Positions 1 through 10,490 of a stretch of DNA of 64,000 bases are shown one piece after another. The position numbers and the translations under genes were made by a program. Source of the stretch: Octopus vulgaris. Its lineage: Eukaryota. The notes under the pieces were generated by a model. That model did no database searches and had not been told where the DNA came from. It was given only the letters and a program-made list of their open reading frames with translations. The DNA is taken from positions 44,516,001 to 44,580,000 of the forward strand of contig OX597817.1 in NCBI GenBank assembly GCA_951406725.2. Direction: 5' to 3'. Every line of letters begins with the position of its first letter. The first letter of the stretch is position 1.

Positions 1-560
1 GGTTGTGGGCTCGTTTGAAAGAGGGGAGGGGTCGGTTAGGGAAGAGGTGTGAAGTGGACGGGTCGGACTGGAGATGACGGAAAGCTCGAAGAATGGTGCG
101 TTGGAGACGTAGGGTCGTGGGGTGGTAAGTGAGGGGAAAAGGGAGGCGGTAGACTACAGGGCGGGTTCGGGGAGAGAGAGCAGATACACGGTCCACGGAC
201 CGTGCTCTGGCAAGGGCGGTGTGGATAGTGGTGAGGGGGTATCCACGTAGGGTGAAGTGGTGAGCCATACGTTGAGACTGAGTCTCAAAGTCATGGTCGT
301 CACTACAGAGCCTACGTAGACGGAGGAATTGGGAATAGGGGATGGAAAGCTTGGTGTGTTCTGGGTGGGAGGAAGAGAAGTTGAGGTATGAGTGTGAGTC
401 TGTGTGTTTGTAGTGAATGGAGGTGGTAAGAGTGGAGTGAAGAATGGTAACCGAAATGTCGAGGAAGGAGACAGAGGTGTTGGAGATAGTGGAAGTGAAG
501 TGGAGGGCTGGATGGAAAGATTGGACGAAAGAGAGGAAGGAATCTAGATGTTCGCGGGAG
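1..560 (-). mobile_element. Penelope-like element (Neptune-type) RT C-terminal/thumb fragment, 5'-truncated at (TA)n, runs off window edge
   Basis: Manual minus-strand translation (frame not in ORF track) gives FHPALHFTSTISNTSVSFLDISV...TSIHYKHTDSHSYLNFSSSHPEHTKLSIPYSQFLRLRRLCS...RGYP. After a frameshift it reads RLPFPLTYHP...LQSDP...LFPNRPLPSFKRAHN. These are typical PLE RT-thumb and linker motifs. Confidence 0.9.
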
Positions 561-668
<108 letters not shown>

Positions 669-1050
669 GGCGCAGGTAAGTATTTTGCTTACCAACCACA
701 TTGTTCCGGGTTCAGTCCCATTGCATGGCACCTTTGGCAAATGTCTTATAATATAGCCCCGGTCCGACCAAAGCCTTGTGAGTGGATTTCGTAGACGGAA
801 ACTGAAAGAAGCTCGTTGTATATATGTGTATACATATATATGTGTATGTGTTTGTGTGTCTGTGTTTGTCCCCCCAAGTTCGCTTGACAACCGATGCTGG
901 TGTGTTTATGTCCCCGTAACTTAGCAGTTCGGCAAAAGAATACGTACTAGGCTTACAAAGAATAAGTACTGGGTTCGATTTCCTCGACTAAAGTCGGTGC
1001 TTCAGCATGGCCGAAGTCAAATGACTAAAACAAGTAAAAGACTAAAAGAA
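669..1050 (+). mobile_element. tRNA-derived SINE family A (internal TA/TG microsatellite, AAAAGAG-type tail)
   Basis: GGCGCAGG head, B-box-like GGTTCAGTCCC, internal microsatellite and tail CAAGTAAAAGA; more than 10 homologous copies in the window. Confidence 0.85.
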
Positions 1051-1351
1051 TATAAGTATTTACTATCGGTATCAATAAGTATTTACTATCGGTATCAATT
1101 ACCTGTGCTATCCCTGGGCATGGGAATACAGGTACAATATGCTCATAGGGTACAGGTAACAACAGAATAAACAAAAGTTTATCAGGAATCAAATTTAAGC
1201 AATCAGAAAATGGAGAAATTTTTTTTTTTTATCAGCTAACAAACAAATTGAACTACATTGTTTATATTAAATAATAATCAACTGATGCAGTTCAGTTTGT
1301 TTGTTGATCAAAAGTTGTCTCCATTTTCTGATAATTTATATATAATATTAT

Positions 1352-1650
1352 ACTAGCAGTATCGCCCGGCGTTGCTCGGATTTGTTTCGACCCTTTAGAA
1401 TTGGAATTTTTGAAAAGTAAACATTTTACATTATGTAGCTTGTTATTCACTTTGAGTGAACATTTCCTCTGGTTGAAATACACCGAAAAATAGCGACACA
1501 GCAGTCAACAAATCGTAAAAAATAGGGATTTTCATAGAAAAAAAGCATCTTTTTTATGTAAATAATTTTTGGTGTTAATATAGTCCGATTTGAATTGTTT
1601 TCTTCTACGGAAGGAAGAGCCAGCCTTATTCTATCATACTCTCGATTTTA
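1352..1650 (-). mobile_element. Non-autonomous Helitron-like 3' end
   Basis: Minus strand ends TCCGAGCAACGCCGGGCGATACTGCTAG|T, i.e. a short GC hairpin followed by CTAG. The inner boundary is uncertain. Confidence 0.6.
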
Positions 1651-1657
1651 GTCAATA

Positions 1658-1885
1658 GGCGCAGGCAAGTGTCTTGCTTACGAACCACATGGTTCCGGGT
1701 TCAGTCCCATTGCATGGCACCTTGGGCAAGTGTCTTGTAATATAGCCTCGGTCCGACCAAAGCCTTGTGACTGGTTTTCGTAGACGGAAACTGAAAGAAG
1801 CTCGTCGTATATATGTGTATGTGTTTGTGTGTCTGTGTTTGTCCCCCCAACATCGCTTGACATCCGATGCTGGTGTGTTTATGCA
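1658..1885 (+). mobile_element. SINE family A, 3'-truncated
   Basis: Homologous to 669-910. Confidence 0.8.
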
Positions 1886-2020
1886 GGGTCTCGGAGGAAA
1901 TAGTGTTAGTTGAAGGCTACTAAATCTGCCATACACAGACAACTTCAGGTTTGTATATATAGAGATTATATATATATGCATGCGTGTATATATATACATA
2001 ATATATATACACATGCATAT

Positions 2021-2457
2021 ATGGGTTACAGGACTTAACAAGTTGTAAACAACATGAAATACGAATACAAATGAGTTCAATACGTAAACAACAACGAGAG
2101 GAACAAATGGAAAACAGGACGAGTAACATAAGGAAGGACCCGTCATCAGTCGTGGGCTGAGCATGTACTCCTTATTTCGAGCACTGAGCGACAATATGTG
2201 TCTTTGAAGACAGTTGCTCCCATGAGTACCAAAATGACATTTTGGATTTATGGACGGTCAAAGTTGGGAACAAAAACAGGACAGTGGAGACATACAAGGA
2301 AGTCGAACGAAAACAAATATGGAGGGTCGTTAGATCAGAAGGAGAGTAAAAGAGCGAACGCTGGAGAAATAATTTCTTTGACAAGGGAAAATATACAAGA
2401 GAGAGATATAAGATACGTCCAGTCTTTAGAGCATCCCTGAAAGAAAAGAATGGTGAT

Positions 2458-2460
<3 letters not shown>
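2021..2460 (-). mobile_element. Non-coding microsatellite-flanked element (family 2, PLE pLTR-like) with degenerate scrambled hammerhead motif at 2143-2219
   Basis: Homologous to 42885-43157. Minus strand has GCTC-GAAA and CTGATGA. Confidence 0.6.
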
Positions 2461-2513
<53 letters not shown>

Positions 2514-2561
2514 TACACACACGCACACACGCACACACGCACACACACACACATATGTGGA

Positions 2562-2803
2562 GGCGCGTGGCTTAGTGGTTAGTGTGTCAGCACCATGATC
2601 GTAAGATTGTGGTTTCAATTCCTGGAGCGGCCGACGTGTTGTGTTCTTGAGCAAAACACTTCATTTCACGTTGCTCCAGTCCACTCAGCTGGCAAAAATG
2701 AGTAACGCTGCGATAGACTGGCGTCCCCTCCAGCTTAGGAACACATACGCCATAGAAACCGGGAAACCGGGCCCACGAGCCTGGCTAGGCTTTAAAAGGG
2801 CGC

Positions 2804-2806
<3 letters not shown>
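2562..2806 (+). mobile_element. tRNA-derived SINE family C (Meta-domain-like)
   Basis: A box TGGCTTAGTGG, B box GTTTCAATTCC, then GTTGTGTTCTTGAGCAAAACACTTCATTTCACGTTGCTCCAGTCCACTCAGCTG. Confidence 0.75.
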
Positions 2807-2864
<58 letters not shown>

Positions 2865-3927
2865 AATAAATAAGTAAATAGATAGATAGATAGATTGAGA
2901 ACTTGAGAGATATATACATGGATAGCGTGATAAATATGAATATATATGAGCAAAGATACAAACACACAGACACAGGCACACAGACACACGCACAGACACA
3001 TGCACACACACATACACATACATGTATAACATTAAACTTAGTTCTCAATGATATACATGTGGCATTTCTATTGTTCGTAGTCGGTCTCAGCTTGAAACTG
3101 CTAGATGATACTTAACTGGATTGGTACGTAATACTATGGAATGTGGTTGCTAGTAATAATGTTGAAGCCCGGAGGAAGATAGTGTTGTAGTTCAGAAATG
3201 AATGTCTTTGAAGATAAAAGACACGATTAAATTGAGTGCTATTAAGATTACCAAATTATAAGCACAATTATGTGCTGAGTTAAGTACCCTTGTTTAATAT
3301 TAAATGTATGTATGTCACTAAGCTTTAAAGAAAACTATGAAACAATTTCTAAACGCAGGGGATTATTTAAATTTCTAAATAATAATTATATGCTGAGATG
3401 TTGGGAGCCTAATTTAACATTAGGTTTATATATATTACTGTGTAAGGCGTATCTTCATTGTGATAAGTTCGAATTAATATATATGAGCTCCTGAAAGGGA
3501 ATGTATAAGTCTATAATAATTGTATTGGTAACTTCATTATTAATATGTGCTCTGAAGGTATAAATATATAACGAGTTTTCGATAGATTTCCTTAGTTGGA
3601 GATTATGAATGAAGTTCAAGGGGCGAAAGGATGTAGATAAAAACTGGGTGCGGAATCTGATAATATACTTAAGCTCTTCAAGGCCTAGTTGCTCTGTTGT
3701 GATGTAATTGTTACTTCGATGCTGGTTTTCGAAATTGAAGTCGAGTGTCTAAACAAAAGACGTTAGCACTAACAGGATATGAGGCAACTATTAGTCAATA
3801 TAGTATAGTAGTCCTGACAAGTTAATTTCATTGGTCGTATTCAAGAGCTGTTTTAGCACATATACACATATATATACACACACATAAATACACCGGCGCA
3901 CACAGATACATAGGCACAATGCACAAA

Positions 3928-3981
<54 letters not shown>

Positions 3982-3982
3982 C

Positions 3983-4014
<32 letters not shown>

Positions 4015-4122
4015 TCATTACTAATATAAGGGTAAATAATTATTAATTTTAAAATCAATAATTATTACCAAGTAGTTACCGGTATGAAAAGAGAACCATA
4101 ATCGGTAGGAACTTTTAGAAAA

Positions 4123-4162
<40 letters not shown>

Positions 4163-4188
4163 CATACATATATATACATACCGAAAAT

Positions 4189-4476
4189 TTAACCACATAC
4201 CGAAAATTTAGAAATAGCAGTCAAAGACCGCTTATTCCTATTTACTACATATATAGCTCCACATATAACATTCACTTGTAACTCACATAGGTAAAAGGAG
4301 GAAATGAGTTCTTTATAATTCTAACCAGAACTGACCGAAGACTGTTCGATTTCGTTAATTTTCCTTCTTTTACCGATGTGAATTACAAGTAAATGTTATA
4401 TGTGGAGCTATATCTGAAGTAAATAGGAATAAGCGGTCTTTGACTGCTATTTCTAAATTTTCGGTATGTTGGTTAA
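4189..4476. repeat. Long inverted repeat (about 117-bp arms, about 52-bp spacer)
   Basis: 4189-4305 is the near-perfect reverse complement of 4358-4476. Confidence 0.95.
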
Positions 4477-4559
4477 GCAACCTGTTGCTTAACCCTAATT
4501 ATATATTATATATATATCTACCTAGTTAGCTAGATTGATAGATACCTATCTATATTTTT

Positions 4560-4965
4560 TAGTGTTTACTTGTTTCACTCACTGAATTGTGGGCAAGCTG
4601 GGGCACCCTTTGAGTGGTTTAGACGAACAAATCCACCCAACTACATACTTCTAAGACTGGTAATCATTCTATTTGCTGAGCCGCTAAGTGTCGGAGAAGC
4701 CAACAACGCTTGACAAGCAGTTTTGGAGAACAAAATCTAGCCGGAAGACACATACAGTACACACACACACAGACACACACACACATACACACACACATAC
4801 ACACACACACACACATGTAGATGCATATACTATAGTCTTCTTTAAGTTTCCACATACCAAATCTACTCACGGGGATTTTGTCGGCACAGGGTTATACTAG
4901 AAGACACTTGCCTAAGCTTCTGCAACGTGGGACTGAACCTGAGACCATGTGTTTGGGAAGCAATC
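4560..4965 (-). mobile_element. Degenerate SINE family A
   Basis: Diverged match to the family A tail, internal CA repeat and head (GTGGGACTGAACC). Confidence 0.65.
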
Positions 4966-5096
4966 CTCTTTCAGCACAGTCAAATATATAAAGAGAGGGA
5001 TAGAGAGAAAGAGAAAGAGAGAGAGAGAGAGTGCGAGATACATAAATATGTGCGTGTGTTTGTTGAAATGTGTTGCGTGCGCATGTATATGTATGC

Positions 5097-5161
<65 letters not shown>

Positions 5162-5249
5162 GGTATGTAGAAAAATACAACATGGACAAGAACGTATAAC
5201 TCTTAGAAGACGACACAATAAACACGGACAGGACATTCGAAACCCTCAG

Positions 5250-5322
5250 TCTTCAGTCAAGAACCGGATCATCGTAGTAATTTCGGCTGATTAATCTTGA
5301 GATTACTAGATCACGGCCAGCC
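5250..5322 (-). ncRNA. Candidate scrambled-order hammerhead ribozyme, family 1 copy 1
   Basis: RNA GGCUGG CCGUGAUC UAGUAAU C UCAAGA UUAA UCAGCC GAA AUUACUA CGAU GAUCCGG U UCUUGA CUGAAGA. Helix I (6 bp), helix II (6 bp) and helix III (7 bp) all lie in register with the core. Confidence 0.6.
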
Positions 5323-6101
5323 CTCCAAGAAAAACCAAGCAACGAGCATTAGAAAAACTAAGCTGGAAGCGTAGATTTCCTGGAAGAAGGATCGAATGCA
5401 TACGAACACCAGGACAGCAAAAGGGACAGATATAAAAAAACAAAAAACAATAATGGAATACAGAAACATGAAATACAGAAGCATTAACGGTGAAAACAAC
5501 AGTGTCTTACGACTGATAACAAGCAAACAAATTTTTTCTCTGGCGCAATGGAAAAAGCCTTTATAGTGGCGGACGAAAACAGCGATGTTAACACGACGAG
5601 GGTCAGAAGCTGAAAGGCAGATTTCGGCCAACAGTCACGTGACAGAGAAGAGGGAAAAGAAAAGAAAGAGAAGCAAAGGAAGAGAGAGAGAGAGGAGAGA
5701 GAGAGAGGAGGGACAAACGCAACAAAGAGAGAGAAGAGAGAGAAAGAAGGAATCAGAGAGGAGAAGGGATGGGTGTCGAAGAATGACCTGTTAGTGCAGA
5801 GCGAGACAAAGAAATAGGAGGGTAGTGGAAGACTAGACCAAAGAATCAGAGGAAAGAGAAGAGAAAAAGAGGATGAGTAGAGAGAAAAGAGAGAGAGGGG
5901 GACAGATCAAGTAAAAATGAGAGAGAGAGACAAACAGAGAGTCGTACCAATTATTAAGAATATGTGCTCACATAAATGTTAAGGGGGTACGGGGCGCCTG
6001 GAATATATGTTAAGGTATGTAGAAAAATACAACATGGACAAGAACGTATAACTCTTAGAAGACGACACAATAAACACGGACAGGACATTCGAAACCCTCA
6101 G

Positions 6102-6174
6102 TCTTCAGTCAAGAACCGGATCATCGTAGTAATTTCGGCTGATTAATCTTGAGATTACTAGATCACGGCCAGCC
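6102..6174 (-). ncRNA. Candidate scrambled-order hammerhead ribozyme, family 1 copy 2
   Basis: Identical to 5250-5322. Confidence 0.6.
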
Positions 6175-6709
6175 CTCCAAGAAAAACTAAGCAACGAGCA
6201 TTAGAAAAACTAAGCTGGAAGCGTAGATTTCCTGGAAGAAGGATCGAATGCATACGAACACCAGGACAGCAAAAGGGACAGATATAAAAAAACAAAAAAC
6301 AATAATGGAATGTGTGTGTGTTTGTGTGTGTGTGTATGTATGCATATAGAAATACATATAATATAATCATACAAGCACATATACGCACACTCATACTCAC
6401 GCATAGACACACACATATTAGAGTAGATCTAATAGACCGAAACGTTTGCTACACACGAAGAAGAATATTGGAATACATTTTTATAATATACAAGAATAGA
6501 ATATACAATGTGTATAAAAACTAAAACGTTAGAAACAATTAAGAATGAAAGACAGAGTACAAAGCACAAAGCTAAAGCGTTAAAACAGAGGGAGATATAA
6601 CTATAATACTTAAAACGCAGAACATACTCGCAGTCACATAGACACACATATCGTAATATATATTATAACATGAAGGTATAGTCACAGAGATAATATATAT
6701 ATATATATG

Positions 6710-6773
<64 letters not shown>

Positions 6774-7019
6774 CTTTACGAATAAATGTACTGGTACATA
6801 GAAGAATACGGATGTAAGAGCAAAACATTATACGAGTAATAACAAAAATAATAGGCAAGTGATGTATTTAGAAATACAATAGTCATAGAAAACTGCACAC
6901 ACACACGCACACACACACATATTTATATGTATCTACATATAAATATATATACTTAAATATATAAGTATGTCTATATGTATATAAGTATATATGTTTAAAT
7001 GTATATTCATACATATATC

Positions 7020-7021
7020 TA

Positions 7022-7110
<89 letters not shown>
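7020..7110. repeat. (TATC)n microsatellite, 5' flank of truncated Tx1 copy
   Basis: Direct. Confidence 0.97.
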
Positions 7111-8020
7111 GGATAAGCTCTACAGACACGGCTCGAGAAAGACGGGGCCGACCTGCCCGAGATGCGGTCAGAGCGACTAGACCGTTCTGCACGCACTCGT
7201 GCAGTGTCCAACAATTTCCGACCTGTGGGCTTATGTCGAACAACTGCTGTCACGTGTGGGACGAGTCGGTTTATCAGCTGAGTCTATCGTCAATATTGTC
7301 ACGCCTCCTTCCTTCAAACGGGAAGGAAGAGCTATTTTCATCATCCTTGTGGCTATGGCGAAAGAATGTATCTGGTGGACGCGTCTGAAAGGATTGGAGA
7401 CAAACACTTTCCTCTCTGGTCAATCTCTCATCAACTTCTTCAAGTACCACTTGAAAAGGAAAGTGAGAGTAGAGAGGCAAGTTTTGTCTAGCGAATGTTT
7501 TAAAAAAAGATGGGTGAATGTAGCAAGGATGGCACGTATGAATGACGAAGCCACCTTGAGCATAATCCTATGAACCCAGAAATTGAAAACAGAGGGTTAC
7601 CCACTTGCAAACAAATGTGGTAACATATAACAATATTGACCAAGGTTACCGTGGTCTTTTTCGTAGGCTTTTCTTCCCACGGATAAACCTTACTTGCTTT
7701 CCCCTTTACACCATATATCATAACACTGTGATACACGATCCCTATTGATCGTTTTTTTCCTCTTTTTTTTTCTTTTTTCATTTCCCTTTTCTTTTGTTCC
7801 TTTTCCTTTTCTTTTTTTTTTATTTTTATTTTTTTATTTTTTATTTTATTTTTTTTGTTCTCTTCTTCCCTTTTACGATCCCTCTTGATCGAAAACCTAC
7901 GCCACCCCCTTTTTTTTGTTTCTTTTGTTTTTTTTTTGTTTTTTCATCCTCCAAAAGAAAAACTCTACCTTGTAACTTGTCCCATCGGTCTGCAGCCCTG
8001 TGTGGCCAATAAAGAAACTT
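7111..8020 (+). mobile_element. 5'-truncated Tx1/L1-clade LINE (ORF2 C-terminal zinc finger and 3'UTR)
   Basis: Homologous to 13423-14276. Ends AATAAAGAAACT, then (TATC)n. Confidence 0.93.
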
Positions 8021-8048
8021 ATCTATCTATCTATCTATATATCTATCT

Positions 8049-8087
<39 letters not shown>

Positions 8088-8300
8088 CTGGACAGACAGA
8101 CGCAAGTCAAATGGGCTCCAAGTAAGTTGGTCATTTTGTACGTTCAAAAGTGTTTATTGTCAAATATTTTGTGTTTAAAAGTTGTGCAACGTCCACTGCA
8201 AACTTTGACTAATATTTACACAAAATTTTGCCCTTTGTGGGCAAAATTTTTAAAATTTTCGTAGGCCTCGTGTTGTATTTTAGCCATTTTATTTTCAAAA

Positions 8301-10440
8301 ATGGCTACTGGTCACCACGAGGCTGAGGCGCAACTGAAGCGTGACGCCAAAACAAAAAAACAGGTTGCCCTGTCACCATGCGCTGAACTTGACTGTGTAG
8401 ACACTACTTACACCACCACCACCACCACCACCACCATCAGCATCAACAACAGCAACAAATACAAAACAAAGGTTGCAAGGCCAAGCACCGTCACCGCCAC
8501 CAATGATTCCACCATCAACACCGACACCACCACCATGGCAGCTTCTGCTACTACAACTGCTATCTCTGCTAACTACACCACTACCAACAACAATAACAAT
8601 ACCAACATCACCAACACCGCCACCAAAGACCGTGCCGTCAATGCCTCCCTTGCTACTAATACCACCGCCGTCACCAAGAACGACAATAACAACAACAACA
8701 ACAACAATTCCCTTCAGCCACTGTTCCCTCCATCACCAACACGTGAAGGAGAGAAAAATAACCGCGACCATCAAACGAGGTGCCGAAATTTGCGCTAATA
8801 CAGGAGCAAATTACGCAGACAATTTTCCACCCCTTGCTAGTTGCATAATCAGCAACCACAAACTTAATATACCCCCAACCCACACCCCTGCCATCAACAC
8901 CAACACCACCAGCAGTAACAACAATAACAAAACAACAACAAACTTCGCCGAGGCGATAAAAGAAAAAATAACAAGAGTATCGTTTACTGCACAGCAGGTA
9001 AAAGACTCCAGAGCCCTAATCACCAAAGAAAACGGCAAAATACAATTACACATACCACAACACATACTGAATGAGGAAAAAAAGAAAACGATTATTTATA
9101 AAATAACAAACAACACAACTAAAAGTCCAGAAAAAGCAAGCACGGACAAAATAGAAAAGTGCCTACGCCCCATCTGGGGATACAAGGAGTATGTGACTTG
9201 GTCGAACAAGTTTGCCCACGTACAGGTGGTTTTTCAGAATGAAGAGTTGGCAAAGCAATTCTCAACGTTAACTCTTCATTCAGAAGAGCTAACAATGACA
9301 CCCAGTTACCTTGGCCAGAAGGTGACAAAGGTCATTATCAATAATGTCCCGCAAATAACAACCACACTATGGATAACATCCGCCATATGCGTCGAAATGG
9401 AGGACATAAACATCCTGGATATAACTGTTTCAAAACACAAGGACTGGGTGGGAAAGAGAATGGAGATTCTCCTCCACATAAGCCAAGACGACATTAATAA
9501 AATTCCCACCCACGTACATCTTGCGGATGACCGCAAGTTGTATGTAGTAGTCGAGGGCAGAAGGCCACGCTGCTATACATGCGGCAGTGAAACACATCTC
9601 AAAAAGGAGTGCAAATCTGCCGAGAAACAACAACAATAACAACAGCCACAGGAAAAACCACAAAAGCCAGCATTATTGCCCACACCACAGTATGGACGGC
9701 TAATTAAGAAGATATATGCAGAAATGCATGAAAAGCAACAAAGAACGGACCAACCCAACCAAACAACACCATCACCTGCGCCAAGAACAGAACCATCACC
9801 ACCAACAACAACTAAACCAATTGCAACACCGAGAACAACAACGAAGAAGACAATCACCAAGGATGTAGGAGAGACAATCACCACACCAAACCCCCCAGCA
9901 ACACCCCCCGCGCACCACAACAATATCTACAACCGCACAAACAGACCCAGATGCTTTACCCTTGCTCCCTGCTGATTCGTCAGACTTTTCATCTAACGAT
10001 GAAAGTTCTACAGAATGACAAATAGCCAAATAGGGGGTAAAAGAAAAAGATAAAAAACAAACAAACAAGAAAACGCAACCAAAGCAGGGAGATACCGGAA
10101 CCCTGAAAGCTCCATACACAACCAAACAAGCACCAACACCACAAAAACACACACAATACTATCAGCGATAGACACCAAAGACTCCAAACTAATGGAGTAC
10201 ATCACAGCCCACACAAACATCTGTGAAGATGACTTCAAAACTAACAACCATTCACGCACTACACCACCCAAGCACATCAAAATACTACACATCACACAAA
10301 CACAACACCACACACTCAAAGCCCTCTTTCCAAATGCGGTTGGGGGGTTCCAAAAATGCCTTTCACAAAAACTCTATAAAAACCTCCTCCAAGACACATC
10401 AAAGAACGAGGAAGCCAAAACTTTCGACACAAGTAAGTAA
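8301..10440 (+). pseudogene. Tx1-type ORF1 (Thr/Asn-rich N-terminus, RRM-like region, zinc knuckle), disrupted
   Basis: ATG at 8301, frameshift into the 8473-9639 frame, VVEGRRPRCYTCGSETHLKKEC (CX2CX4HX4C), premature TAA within a CAA run at 9637, and further stops. Confidence 0.8.
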
Positions 10441-10490
10441 CTCTCAGTACCTTCCTTTTTGTGTTTTAAAGCACACACCCCAATAGAATC

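Larger units (their letters stand above)
5158..6311 (-). mobile_element. Non-autonomous element with 302-bp direct repeats (5158-5459 and 6010-6311; period 852 bp), PLE pLTR/retrozyme-like (family 1)
   Basis: The two repeats differ at one visible position (AAAACCAAGC vs AAAACTAAGC). Bounded by (TA)n and (TG)n, no credible ORF, and each repeat carries hammerhead core motifs. Confidence 0.8.

Noticed and set aside
5250-5330. HDV-like or twister ribozyme reading of the family 1 pseudoknot
   Set aside because: No P3/L3 UCC, P1.1 or P4 for HDV and no twister L4 motif; hammerhead core positions fit in register instead.
6435-6452. GACCGAAACGTT hammerhead half
   Set aside because: No upstream CUGAnGA or stem II partner.
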